Assembly: GCA_022842945.1 (NCBI GenBank) | Contig: JALHOO010000001.1 | Span: 93,830 to 157,829, forward strand | From: Minisyncoccota bacterium | GTDB lineage: Bacteria; Patescibacteriota; Minisyncoccia; Phycocordibacterales; Phycocordibacteraceae | Direction: 5' to 3' | Length of the DNA: 64,000 nucleotides | Shown here: positions 1-9,695 of the stretch, piece by piece | Numbering within the stretch: the stretch's first letter is position 1 | Layout of the letters: the number at the start of each line of letters is the position of its first letter | Position numbers and translations under genes: made by a program | Notes under the pieces: model-generated | Seen by the model: the letters and a program-made list of their open reading frames with translations, nothing else | Databases searched by the model: none | Told to the model about the DNA's origin: nothing

Positions 1-1363
1 TGGATGGAAGACTCAGAACGCGAACTCTATCTCTATCGACAACGGTCTTGGTATCGTTACACCAACCGCAGAGGGATCGATAATTGTTAACCCAACACAA
101 ACCACGACCTACATTGCAACCGTTACAGGTGCAACAGGTTCCGTGAACTGTCAGACAACCGTTACGGTCACCACTATCGTGCAGGGTCCTATGTGCGTGA
201 GCCTTTCGGCAAACCGCACAAGCATCAACGAAGGGGAGTCAGTTATTCTTTCGTGGGTAACCTCAAACGCTTCGTCCGTATCTATCGATAACGGTGTCGG
301 TGTGGTAACGCCAACGTCAAGTGGTTCGGTAACCGTAACTCCTGGTGACGACACTACGTACACCGCAACCGTTCCTAACGCTCCGTTCAACGAGAACTGC
401 CGCGTCTCAATCTCGGTTGATGAAGGTGGTGGTGGAGGCGGAGGTGGTGGTGGGGGCGGTCGCCGCAGTGCACGTGTTGGACTTGAGTCCTTCGTGCCTG
501 AGCTTGAAGAGCCTCTCTCGTTCGTGTACCTCTCTGAGGTCCCGTACACCGGTCTTGAGCTCGGTACCTTCGGAACCGTTCTCTACTGGCTCATGCTTAT
601 CGGATGGAGTGCTGCACTCGCATACCTCGTCCTCTTCAATGCTGTTCCGTTCGCTCTCGCTCGCGCAAAGCGCTTCGGCGGCTCTGTGAAGGAGGCACTA
701 CAGACGGAGGTATCAGCACCTGACAACCATAGTGCTCCCGTAGTACATGCGTCAGCACACGCTGCAGACCATGGACACGATGCACATGCACCAGCTCCCG
801 TACCTACAAAGCCCGAGGGCTACAACGCACACGACGGATTCCGTTCGTTCGCGGCAGGTGCAGGTCTAACCATCGACGACATCGTGAAGGGTCTCTCTCG
901 CGAGATTGAGCAGAAGCACCAGGCTCCGGCACACGCTGAGATACTTGAAGCGGTTCGTGCAGAGGCACCGACTCCAGCTCCAGTAGCTCCTCGCTACGTT
1001 CCAACGCCTGCTGCAGCTCCTGTAGCCGCACCTATGAACGAGGACGTCCGCGACTTTATTGCCGCACTCCTTAACGGAGACCGCGATACCGTCTTCGGCA
1101 TGATCCGCTCTATGGCGCGCCAGGGACAGGACACCGAGGCATTCGTCTCGCATGCCGCTTGCGCACTGGACGACGCATACCGCGCCTGCATCGATGGCAC
1201 CACCTGCCACCCAGACATTGCAGAGCTCACCAACGGATGCCACCCATCCTACCTCGAGCGCCTCGTTGCTTCGCTTACAACAGCGGTAGACGGAAGCTAC
1301 TCAGCAGGTATGACGGGTGTGAAGATGGCCCTTACGCGCGCACTTGGCGTTGTGGCTGGGTAA
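1..1363 (+). CDS. Cell-surface protein (5' partial): tandem PKD/Ig-like repeats, poly-Gly linker, VPYTG motif + TM helix, cytoplasmic tail
   Basis: Frame is open from position 2 (GWKTQNANSISIDNGLGIVTP...TTTY) and repeats as LSWVTSNASSVSIDNGVGVVTP...DTTY; poly-G, VPYTG, then hydrophobic LYWLMLIGWSAALAYLVLF. Confidence 0.75.
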   Translation, partial: GWKTQNANSISIDNGLGIVTPTAEGSIIVNPTQTTTYIATVTGATGSVNCQTTVTVTTIVQGPMCVSLSANRTSINEGESVILSWVTSNASSVSIDNGVGVVTPTSSGSVTVTPGDDTTYTATVPNAPFNENCRVSISVDEGGGGGGGGGGGGRRSARVGLESFVPELEEPLSFVYLSEVPYTGLELGTFGTVLYWLMLIGWSAALAYLVLFNAVPFALARAKRFGGSVKEALQTEVSAPDNHSAPVVHASAHAADHGHDAHAPAPVPTKPEGYNAHDGFRSFAAGAGLTIDDIVKGLSREIEQKHQAPAHAEILEAVRAEAPTPAPVAPRYVPTPAAAPVAAPMNEDVRDFIAALLNGDRDTVFGMIRSMARQGQDTEAFVSHAACALDDAYRACIDGTTCHPDIAELTNGCHPSYLERLVASLTTAVDGSYSAGMTGVKMALTRALGVVAG

Positions 1364-1383
1364 TCAGCACTCACGTATACGCA

Positions 1384-1412
1384 GAAACACCCCGGTCAAA
1401 CTGGGGTGTTTC
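1384..1412. terminator. Intrinsic terminator hairpin
   Basis: GAAACACCCCGG/CTGGGGTGTTTC inverted repeat after the stop. Confidence 0.7.
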
Positions 1413-1512
1413 GCTATACACCATCCAAACACCATCTTCATGGAGGGAGCGTAGAATAGAGGATAGGTAAGGGGCTGTTCCTTGCTGAACTCGATTACGG
1501 AAGGGATTAGCG

Positions 1513-1626
1513 ATGCTGCGTCATTTCCAGGTATTCGTTCCGCGGTATGTGCTCGTCAGTGCTGTCCTCGGCGTGACGGTCATTCTGACTGGCCCGCGCT
1601 GGATCCAATTGATTGATTTCCTGTAG
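1513..1626 (+). CDS. Small orphan single-TM protein (37 aa)
   Basis: MLRHFQVFVPRYVLVSAVLGVTVILTGPRWIQLIDFL*; AAGGGA SD upstream, TAGAAT -10 further upstream, hairpins on both sides. Confidence 0.5.
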   Translation: MLRHFQVFVPRYVLVSAVLGVTVILTGPRWIQLIDFL

Positions 1627-1640
1627 GTCAGCGTAATCAA

Positions 1641-1666
1641 AAAGGCGCCGGAACTCCGGCGCCTTT
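1641..1666. terminator. Bidirectional terminator
   Basis: AAAGGCGCCGGA/TCCGGCGCCTTT between convergent genes. Confidence 0.75.
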
Positions 1667-1681
1667 CGACGTTTCAAACTC

Positions 1682-3427
1682 TTACGCGCGGTCCTTAATC
1701 TCGGTAGTGATGCGAGAGACGAACTCCTCAACAGATACTGCACCTTCTTGTCCGCGGTCGCGGCTTTCAACAGACACCGCCTTCGCTTCAATCTCCTTGT
1801 CGCCAATAACAAGCATGTAAGGAAGCTTCTCTTGCTTTGCGGCTCTGATGCGCTTGCCGAGCGACTCCTTCGAATCATCAAGCTCAACGCGCACCCCGGC
1901 AGACTTGAGGGTCTTGAAGACCTCTGTCGCGTAGTCTGCTTGCGCGTCTGAGACCGGAAGAACACGGGCCTGTACGGGAGCGAGCCAGGTTGGGAAGGCA
2001 CCTGCGAAGTGTTCGATAAGGAAGCCAATGAAGCGCTCGTGGGTGCCGAGCGGCGCGCGATGGATAACGGCCGGAACCTTCTTCTGCCCATCCTTATCGG
2101 TGTACTCAAGACCGAACCGCTTGCCCATGAAGAGATCGAGCTGGTTTGTTGAGGCCGTGAATGCGCGTCCAATAGTAGAGAAAATCTGGAAGTCCATCTT
2201 TGGTCCATAGAACGCAGCGCCCTCATGAACAACCTTGTACGGCACGCCGGACTTCTCCATGGCCTCAATAGTCATGCGTTCTGCATCCTTCCAGTCCTCT
2301 TCGTCGCCGTGGTACTTCTCCATATTGTTAGGATCTCGAAGCGCGAGCTCCATAACGTAATCCTTGATGCCAAGCGTCTTGTAGTAGTACTCGTGAAGCT
2401 GGATAACGCGCACGAACTCCTCAACGGCCTCTTCCTTCTGAATGTAGATGTGCGCGTCGTTCATCTGCATGCCGCGTACGCGCATGAGTCCAAAGAGACT
2501 GCCGGAGTCTTCGTACCGGTGGCACCAGCCGTACTCTGCGTAGCGGACAGGGAGGTCACGGTAGCTTTTCGGACGAGCCGCGAACGCCTTGTGATGGAAC
2601 GGGCAGTTCATTGGCTTGATGTAGAAGTTTGCGTCCTCAATTTGGATAGGCGCGTACATGCTGTCCTTGTAGAGAGGTAGGTGGCCGGACGTGTAGAACA
2701 GATCCTCCTTGGTGATTATCGGTGTGGTGATGCGCTCATAGCCCCACTCACGCTCTGTCTCCTTTGCCCAGTTCTCAAGTTCCTCTTTGATGATGTTTCC
2801 CTTCGGGAGCCATATAGGGAGTCCTTTGCCGATAGCCTCGTCAAAATGGAACAGATCGAGTGCTTCGCCGATAACACGATGGTCGCGCTTCTTCGCCTCT
2901 TCTTGCTTCGCCTGGTACGCCTCCAGCTCCTTCTTGGTATCAAAGGCAAGGCCGTAGATGCGGGTGAGCATCGCGTTCTTCTCGTCGCCGCGCCAGTATG
3001 CGCCTGCGATGCGCTCAAGGATGAATGAGCCCTTCTTTATGTCGTGCGCAGGCTGTTCTGAGTGTCCGCCACGGCAGAGGTCCGTGAAGTCGCCTGCGGT
3101 GTAGAGCGTGATAGATTCTCCAGCCTCAACAATGCCGTCGATGAGTTCGAGTTTGTAGGGGTTTCCGCTGAAACGGTCGCGTGCGTCCTCCTTAGAAACC
3201 TCAGCACCCGTCATGCTGGTCCATGAGGGAAGTATCTCCTCCATGGAAGCCTGGAGCTTCTCAAGATCAGCCTCCTTGGGAGCCTCGCCTCCTGAGAAAT
3301 CGAAGTCGTAATAAAAGCCATTCTCAACTGCGGGGCCAATAGTTGGCTTTGCGTGCGGATACCGTTCTAGGACCGCGCTTGCGAGTACATGGGCGAGGGT
3401 GTGTCGTTTTTCTTCGAGGGATGCCAT
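1682..3427 (-). CDS. thrS: Threonyl-tRNA synthetase (lacks N-terminal TGS domain)
   Basis: RHTLAH, DLCRGGH, GAYWRGD, RDHR, KPMNCPFH, AAFYGPK, IHRA...ERF motifs. Confidence 0.97.
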   Translation of the reverse strand: MASLEEKRHTLAHVLASAVLERYPHAKPTIGPAVENGFYYDFDFSGGEAPKEADLEKLQASMEEILPSWTSMTGAEVSKEDARDRFSGNPYKLELIDGIVEAGESITLYTAGDFTDLCRGGHSEQPAHDIKKGSFILERIAGAYWRGDEKNAMLTRIYGLAFDTKKELEAYQAKQEEAKKRDHRVIGEALDLFHFDEAIGKGLPIWLPKGNIIKEELENWAKETEREWGYERITTPIITKEDLFYTSGHLPLYKDSMYAPIQIEDANFYIKPMNCPFHHKAFAARPKSYRDLPVRYAEYGWCHRYEDSGSLFGLMRVRGMQMNDAHIYIQKEEAVEEFVRVIQLHEYYYKTLGIKDYVMELALRDPNNMEKYHGDEEDWKDAERMTIEAMEKSGVPYKVVHEGAAFYGPKMDFQIFSTIGRAFTASTNQLDLFMGKRFGLEYTDKDGQKKVPAVIHRAPLGTHERFIGFLIEHFAGAFPTWLAPVQARVLPVSDAQADYATEVFKTLKSAGVRVELDDSKESLGKRIRAAKQEKLPYMLVIGDKEIEAKAVSVESRDRGQEGAVSVEEFVSRITTEIKDRA

Positions 3428-3491
3428 ATGCGTACGAGAATAGCATATATAAGGAAAATGGCGGCTCCCGGGGGAGCCGCCACGTTCGTCT

Positions 3492-3785
3492 TCAGGCTGT
3501 ACGAAGTCGTCCGCGCCAGTTGGCGCGCACGAAAGGAGCGGTCATTTCTCGGCTTCGCTGGGCCATGTACGCATTGTGGATGCGCAAACAGAAGTCACGG
3601 ATCCCTTGTTCGGTCTTGGGTCTCTCGAACGCGCTGACGCCGAGAACCGCTCGTTCCTCCGTGCTGAGTTTCTGCCAAATAGGGTGCAGTGCATCCAGAT
3701 GCTCCTTGTTGGGCACGACGATTCCTTTCATCGCGGCCTTGGAGAAACGCTCTGGCGGGAAGCCGATAGCTCCGAAGTCTCTCAT
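3492..3785 (-). CDS. Orphan hypothetical protein (97 aa)
   Basis: AAGGAG SD before ATG at 3785 (MRDFGAIGFPPERF...); flanked by hairpins at 3459-3482 and 3847-3873. Confidence 0.65.
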   Translation of the reverse strand: MRDFGAIGFPPERFSKAAMKGIVVPNKEHLDALHPIWQKLSTEERAVLGVSAFERPKTEQGIRDFCLRIHNAYMAQRSREMTAPFVRANWRGRLRTA

Positions 3786-3875
3786 CACACTCTCCTTATG
3801 CTGGTCTGTGTGTACACTATCGCACTTCAGTGGTAAGGAAAAGGAAAGTGGCGACTCCTTTAGAGTCGCCACTCG

Positions 3876-4022
3876 CTACAAAATCGTTGTCGGGTCCTTG
3901 GGTGCTGTGTGAGCGTCTGCTTCAGGATTCACCGGTGCCTTCGGAACATCGATACGGCTACGATCACGACGCATCTCGTTTACGAGCCTCTTAAGCTCTC
4001 GGTCTACATTTCCTTTTTCCAT
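3876..4022 (-). CDS. Small orphan protein (48 aa)
   Basis: GGAGG SD; MEKGNVDRELKRLVNEMRRDRSRIDVPKAPVNPEADAHTAPKDPTTIL*; terminator directly after. Confidence 0.55.
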   Translation of the reverse strand: MEKGNVDRELKRLVNEMRRDRSRIDVPKAPVNPEADAHTAPKDPTTIL

Positions 4023-4044
4023 GTAATCCTCCGACAGCACCCTA

Positions 4045-7000
4045 TCACAGCAGTTTCAAATTCTCCACGGACAGCGACGTCTCGCCGTTGCGCCCAGACA
4101 CAGCCGCTTTCAAAAGAAGACAATTCCCAGGCACCATAAGCTCCGCTTTCTCCGTGAAGGTCTTCGGGAAGAGTACCCCCTCGATGCTGTCGGTCTTGTC
4201 AGAGACTTTGATGAAGGCCATCTTCTCGCCCTTCTTTGTAAGAAGAGTACGTACTTCGTCTACAAGAACCGGGACGATAACAATCTGGCCAACCTTCGGA
4301 TCGCTCTTAATCTCAGCGATGGTAACACCGGCTTTTGCAGTCTTGTCGGTGTGCGCATCAAGCGGATGGCCTGATACGTAAATACCAAGGAGCTCCTTTT
4401 CCCAGAGGAGCTTGTCCGTTAGGGACGTGTCGCCAATAGCGGAGGGAAGATTGAGAGTGGGTGCGGCAAAACTAAAGAGGGAGTCTTGAGCGGGAGCTGC
4501 GGTTGCTTCTCGGTGGAAGGTAAGGAGCGTCTCAATGTGTGCAAGAAGATGTGCACGGCTTCCGTCTGGTCCCGCAAGTGCGTCCATAGCTCCAGACTTA
4601 ATAAGACTCTCCAGAGACTTCTTGTTCAGGTTCTTTGAGCCTACGCGCGAAAGGAACTCTGAGAGAGATGCGAATGGACCGTGCTCGTTGCGCTCTTTGA
4701 TGATGGCCTGGGAGATACCTTCTCCGAAGTTCTTAATGGACGTGAGACCAAAGCGCACGGTGTCTTTGTTTTCTCCCGCAACCGTAAAGTCCGCACCCGA
4801 CTCGTTAATGTCTGGAGGAAGGACGGGGATATTCAAGCGCTCTGCTTCAGCAACAAGGATAGCTATCTGGTCTGTGTCGCCGGCGTCAGCGGTGAGGAGG
4901 GCGGCCATGTACTCAACCGGATAGTTGGCTTTCATGTACGCGGTCTGGTACGCCACCTTTCCGTAGCAGGCAGCGTGTGCCTTGTTGAATCCGTAGGCCG
5001 CGAACGGCTCAATAAGGGTCCAAATCTTTGCGGCTTTAGCTGGGGAGAGTTTTCCGTATTCTTGGAATCCCTTCATGAGCTTCTCCTTCTGGGCCTCCAT
5101 CTCTGCCGGAATCTTCTTTCCCATCGCCTTGCGGAGCGTGTCCGCCTCAAGCCAGGAGTACCCGCCAAGGGTAATGGCGGTGAGGAGCACGTCGTCCTGG
5201 TACACGAGGAGGCCGTAGGACATGTCGAGGTAGTCCTTCATGCGTTCATCGATGAACGTAATGAGACGAGCGTTCTGCTTTCGCTCAATGTACTGCGGGA
5301 TGGTTTCCATCGGGCCCGGACGATACAACGCAACCATGGCGTTGATGTCGTGGATGGTGGTGGGGCGCAACTCTTTCAGGTACCGCGTCATACCGGAGCC
5401 GTTTAACTGGAAGGTTCCTTCCGTCTCTCCGCGAGCGAGCATGGCAAACGTCTTTGCATCGTCTATGGGAACGTTCTCGATATCAATCCAGATGTCCCTC
5501 GTCTCTTTCACACGCTCAACCGCGTCAGAGAGAATGGCGAGGTTCTTGATGCCGAGGAAGTCGAACTTAAGGAGACCTGCGTCCTCAACCGCATGCATAT
5601 CAAACTGCGTGATGCGCTTCTCTGGGTTCTTCGGATCGAACTGTACCGGTGTCCATTCCCAAAGCGGGGTGGGGGCTATAACCACGCCGGCCGCGTGTAC
5701 GCCCGTGTGGCGTACGCATCCTTCGATGCGCTGCGCGAGGTCGATTATTTCCTTCACGTCGTCATCCTCGTCATAGAGCTGCTTGAGTTCAGGTTCAAGC
5801 TCAAGTGCGTGCTTTATGGTCATAGGGAATCCTTGGCTTCCCATAGGAATGAGTTTGGCGATGCGGTCTCCGGTGCGGTATGCGTGGCCCAAGGCGCGCG
5901 ATACGTCACGCACGGCTGCGCGTGCCATAAGGGTTCCGAAGGTACCAATTTGCGCTACCTTGTCCTCGCCGTACTTCCTGCGTGCATACGCAATCATCTC
6001 GTCTCTTCGGTTGTCGGCGAAGTCCATATCGATATCCGGCGCCTTAGGACGCTCAGGGTTCAAGAAGCGCTCGAACGGGAGCTTGTAGAAAAGGGGATCG
6101 ACGTTGGTTATGCCGTTTAGGTACGAGACAAGCGAGCCTGCTGCAGAACCGCGGGTTGTGGACATAATGCCGGCGGACTTTGCGAACTCAAGGAGATCAG
6201 ACACCGCGAGGAAGTACGGCGCAAATCCCTTGGAGATAATCACGTCGAGTTCGTACTCGATACGCGTCACAACCTCTTCGGTCTTCTCCATGCCGCGCAT
6301 AGAGAGTCCGTCATAGGTCTTCCGGCGCAGTTCGTCTGCATGCGATACGCCTTCCGGGAGGATAACCTCAGGGAAGTTCCAGCTGCCGAGTGTCATCGAT
6401 ACTGTACAGCGGTCTGCAATCTCTCCGGACGCGTCTACCGCTTCCGGTGCATGTGCAAACCATTCGCGCATGTCCTTTTCCGTAACGAAAGAGAAGTTCT
6501 CTTCTTGGTTGGCGTCTCCGCGGTTTCCGTGTCCGATCCGGCGCATAACTTCCGTTGCTTCGCGATCGTCAGGCTTTAGATAGTACACGTCGTGCTGGGC
6601 AACGAGCGGGACGCCTGCTTCTTTGGAAAGTTTCTCAATAGCCCTCATACGCTCTGGGTGTCCCTCAACTTTCGGGTGGTGCGAGATCTCCAGATACACA
6701 TTCTCTTTGCCAAAGATGCTCACGTACTCTGCAAGGGAAGCGGCAGCCCCGTTCGGGTCTCCGGCCTTCAGTGCTTGTGCTACATCTCCGGCAAAGGACG
6801 GGAGTATGGCGATGAGTCCGTCCTTGTGTTCGCGAAGGATTCCTTTGTCCATACGTGGCTTCTCGCAGAAGCCCTCGAGGAAGGAACGCGTAACGAGCTT
6901 CATGAGGTTTTGGTATCCCGTATTGTTCTCTGCCAGAAGCACGAGGCGAGAACGCTTCGTATCGTTCATGTCGGTACGGTCTCTTGAGGCTATGTACGCA

Positions 7001-7203
7001 TCAACACCGAAGACGGGCTTCAATCCAGCTTTCTCTGCTTTCTGGTAGAACTCAACCGCGCCATGCATGTTGCCGGCGTCGGTGAGGCCCAGTGCGTCCA
7101 TGCCCTGCGCCTTCGCTTCTTTAACGAGCTCTGGAACCTTGGGGAGCGCCTCAAGGAAGGAGTAGTGGCTGTGGGTGTGGAGGTGAATGAAGCGGCCGGC
7201 CAT
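4045..7203 (-). CDS. dnaE: DNA polymerase III alpha subunit
   Basis: PHP HLHTHSHYS, RGSAAGSLV, PDIDMD, HAAGVVI, FAAYGFNKAHA, C-terminal OB fold. Confidence 0.97.
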   Translation of the reverse strand: MAGRFIHLHTHSHYSFLEALPKVPELVKEAKAQGMDALGLTDAGNMHGAVEFYQKAEKAGLKPVFGVDAYIASRDRTDMNDTKRSRLVLLAENNTGYQNLMKLVTRSFLEGFCEKPRMDKGILREHKDGLIAILPSFAGDVAQALKAGDPNGAAASLAEYVSIFGKENVYLEISHHPKVEGHPERMRAIEKLSKEAGVPLVAQHDVYYLKPDDREATEVMRRIGHGNRGDANQEENFSFVTEKDMREWFAHAPEAVDASGEIADRCTVSMTLGSWNFPEVILPEGVSHADELRRKTYDGLSMRGMEKTEEVVTRIEYELDVIISKGFAPYFLAVSDLLEFAKSAGIMSTTRGSAAGSLVSYLNGITNVDPLFYKLPFERFLNPERPKAPDIDMDFADNRRDEMIAYARRKYGEDKVAQIGTFGTLMARAAVRDVSRALGHAYRTGDRIAKLIPMGSQGFPMTIKHALELEPELKQLYDEDDDVKEIIDLAQRIEGCVRHTGVHAAGVVIAPTPLWEWTPVQFDPKNPEKRITQFDMHAVEDAGLLKFDFLGIKNLAILSDAVERVKETRDIWIDIENVPIDDAKTFAMLARGETEGTFQLNGSGMTRYLKELRPTTIHDINAMVALYRPGPMETIPQYIERKQNARLITFIDERMKDYLDMSYGLLVYQDDVLLTAITLGGYSWLEADTLRKAMGKKIPAEMEAQKEKLMKGFQEYGKLSPAKAAKIWTLIEPFAAYGFNKAHAACYGKVAYQTAYMKANYPVEYMAALLTADAGDTDQIAILVAEAERLNIPVLPPDINESGADFTVAGENKDTVRFGLTSIKNFGEGISQAIIKERNEHGPFASLSEFLSRVGSKNLNKKSLESLIKSGAMDALAGPDGSRAHLLAHIETLLTFHREATAAPAQDSLFSFAAPTLNLPSAIGDTSLTDKLLWEKELLGIYVSGHPLDAHTDKTAKAGVTIAEIKSDPKVGQIVIVPVLVDEVRTLLTKKGEKMAFIKVSDKTDSIEGVLFPKTFTEKAELMVPGNCLLLKAAVSGRNGETSLSVENLKLL

Positions 7204-7277
7204 TACCCATAGAATACACCCGCGACTTATTCCATGCGAAAAAGGATTCCTGTGTGGAATTTGCTATGGTGCATAGC

Positions 7278-7871
7278 ATGCAGTATGTCGTTGGTGTAGA
7301 CGAAGCAGGACGTGGTCCCCTAGCGGGCCCGGTTGCTGTGGGTGTAATCGCCGTTACGGAGGGGTACGACATTCTTTCCATGTTTCTGGGACTCAATGAC
7401 TCAAAGAAACTTTCAGAGAAGAAGCGCGATGCGCTATTTAAGATTCTTCAAGAAGAGATTAAGAACGGAAACGTGTTCGCAACCGTTACGCTCGTTAGTG
7501 CGGCTCGCATCGATGCGAAGGGTATTGCACCTGCCGTTCGGCACGGGGTTGATACGGGCGTACGAAAACTTCTCCCAAATCCTAAAGAAGGGAAGGTGTG
7601 GCTCGACGGATCCTTGAAGGCTCCTGAAGAGTACGAGCAAGAAACCGTTATAGGAGGAGACGGTCTTGTCCCTGCCATTATGCTTGCGTCTATTGCCGCG
7701 AAAGTAACGAGAGACCGAATGATGCTGAAGCTTGATACTGAGTATCCGCTGTACGGATTTGCGGGACACAAAGGATACGGGACCAAAGCGCACACGGAAG
7801 CCATAAAGCTGCATGGTCCATGTGTAGAGCACCGAAGGAGCTTCCTAAGAAATATTCTCAGCCACCTATAG
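7278..7871 (+). CDS. rnhB: Ribonuclease HII
   Basis: GVDEAGRGPLAGPV, LNDSKKL, ASIAAKVTRD, HKGYGT. Confidence 0.96.
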   Translation: MQYVVGVDEAGRGPLAGPVAVGVIAVTEGYDILSMFLGLNDSKKLSEKKRDALFKILQEEIKNGNVFATVTLVSAARIDAKGIAPAVRHGVDTGVRKLLPNPKEGKVWLDGSLKAPEEYEQETVIGGDGLVPAIMLASIAAKVTRDRMMLKLDTEYPLYGFAGHKGYGTKAHTEAIKLHGPCVEHRRSFLRNILSHL

Positions 7872-8190
7872 ATAGAGAACGGGCCCGGCGATAGACTGCC
7901 GGACCCGCGAAGCCGCTTAAAGCGACTGAGGGCTTATAGCGAGGTCTGGATTGCTCCTATCCTCGATATGAGCTGAACGCTACATCCCGCGTTCAAAGGG
8001 TTGAGAGATCCTCGATTTCTATCCCCAGGGAAGAGAGACCCTGTTCCGTCTTCGAGGATCCGTCTGGTGCCGCTTTATCATGTCGGTGCCTTTCCTGACA
8101 GCCGAGGTCGAAATTGGGGTCACCCGGCAGGCACGAGCTCTTGCAAGCGCCTAACCGCTACCTCTCGCCGGAAATGGCGGGCGAGGGTAG
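7872..8190 (-). ncRNA. Candidate structured ncRNA A (~300 nt)
   Basis: Minus-strand TTGGTT-17-TATAGA promoter (TG extended); several nested stems with G-U pairs on minus strand; terminator 7880-7907; only a 20-codon ORF. Confidence 0.5.
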
Positions 8191-8277
8191 TACCTCCTCT
8201 ATAGCATTCAGTCTCAGGAAAACCAAGGAGTACGGGCCCTTCCGGAAATAAAGGAGGTGTGGTAGGGTATTCCCACT

Positions 8278-8646
8278 ATGACCGTACGAATGCGCCACAC
8301 CAGTTCGCACACCAAAAACCGCCGCAGTCACCATGCGCTCGTTGAGGGTGCGATCGTAACCGACAAGGAATCCGGAAACCTCCGCCTTCCACACAAGATT
8401 GATGAAGTAACCGGTATGTACCGTGGCAAGCAGATTGCAGCACCACGCCCACTCGTGAAGAAGAGCAAGAAGGAAGGTCGCGGCGAGCGCTCTCAGGTTG
8501 AGATTGCCGACACCAACCCTGTAGCAGTGAAGAATGATGTTGTGGCGATGGAGGCAAAGAAGGAGGTGAAGAAGGGATCTATCCTCGACAAGAGCACCAA
8601 GGGTCGCTCGACAACCCGTTCTGGATTCGGAGGCGGTAGCGCATAA
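8278..8646 (+). CDS. rpmF: 50S ribosomal protein L32, Cys-free, with C-terminal extension
   Basis: MTVRMRHTSSHTKNRRSHHAL...PHKID...GMYRGKQI; position upstream of nusB-rnc. Confidence 0.88.
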   Translation: MTVRMRHTSSHTKNRRSHHALVEGAIVTDKESGNLRLPHKIDEVTGMYRGKQIAAPRPLVKKSKKEGRGERSQVEIADTNPVAVKNDVVAMEAKKEVKKGSILDKSTKGRSTTRSGFGGGSA

Positions 8647-8767
8647 TCTCTCCACGCGTTTGCAAAAGAGCCGGGCACTCCCGGCTCTTTTGCTTTCTTA
8701 TACACAGCACAGTGCTATAGCGAGATACACTCCTTTACTGCTATGCTGTCCCTACGTTCTTTCCTAT

Positions 8768-9661
8768 ATGGCTAACCGACATCTTGCACGCTCCGTCGTC
8801 CTTCAGACGCTATTCGAGTGGGACACCTCGAATCTCTCTGATGCAGACGCAACCGTTGCGCTCCAGCGTAACGTTGAGGAGTTCGGTGGAGATGATACGG
8901 ATCGGCCCTTTATGGAAACCCTCCTTGCAGGCGTACTCGCTAAGCGCCCTGATCTTGATCTCGTTATAACGAAGGCCGCGCCAGACTGGCCTCTTGAGCG
9001 TATTGCTCCAGTTGATCGCAACATTCTACGTATTGGTCTCTACGAGCTTTTGTTCGCAGACCGCACGCAGGTACCGGCAAAGGTTGCTATTAACGAAGCT
9101 ATTGAGCTCGCGAAGGTATTCGGCGGAGACTCATCCGGCAGGTTTGTGAACGGCGTACTTGGTGCCGTATACAAGGAGCTTGGGGAACCCGGAAAGGAAG
9201 AGACGGGCAAGAAGGAGCGCGTGAAGCGCGAAGACCTTCCAGTTGAAGAGCTCGGAGGTGCCATCGTATACGCGTATCACGAAGGCCAGTACTATCTCGC
9301 ACTCGTACACGACGTATTCGGACACTGGACCCTTTCTAAAGGAAAGATTCCTCAAGGCACAAGCATTGAGGAGGGAACGATAGAGGGTCTTCGAGACGAG
9401 CTTGGTCTTCCGTCCGTCATTAAAGACAAGATTGGCGAGAACGAGTACATCGCAAGCCATCCGGAGAAGGGAAAGATACGCAAGCACGTGTCGTACTTCC
9501 TCGCTGAGGCGCCGTACATGGAGCTCACGCTTGAGAAGAAGGGAGGACTGGACGACGCACGTTGGTTCCGTCTCACGGATATCCTCGAACTCAACTTCTA
9601 CGACGACATGCTTCCTATTGTGACCGAGGCAGTGCAGAAACTCCTCGACAAAGCGCGCTAG
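8768..9661 (+). CDS. nusB: NusB fused to C-terminal NUDIX-fold domain
   Basis: RHLARSVVLQTLF, VDRNILR, VAINEAIELAKVFG, FVNGVL; then GHWTLSKGK...ELGL NUDIX-like region. Confidence 0.9.
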   Translation: MANRHLARSVVLQTLFEWDTSNLSDADATVALQRNVEEFGGDDTDRPFMETLLAGVLAKRPDLDLVITKAAPDWPLERIAPVDRNILRIGLYELLFADRTQVPAKVAINEAIELAKVFGGDSSGRFVNGVLGAVYKELGEPGKEETGKKERVKREDLPVEELGGAIVYAYHEGQYYLALVHDVFGHWTLSKGKIPQGTSIEEGTIEGLRDELGLPSVIKDKIGENEYIASHPEKGKIRKHVSYFLAEAPYMELTLEKKGGLDDARWFRLTDILELNFYDDMLPIVTEAVQKLLDKAR

Positions 9662-9695
9662 TTCACATTACGCAATTATCTGGTATAATGCGGTT

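Noticed and set aside
425-460. GGT/GGC microsatellite as a contingency locus
   Set aside because: Mixed Gly codons encoding an in-frame poly-Gly linker
7872-8190. RNase P RNA or SRP RNA (CAGGAAAG motif)
   Set aside because: Lacks GAGGAAAGUCC with the matching 3' P4 segment and lacks the SRP helix-8 consensus
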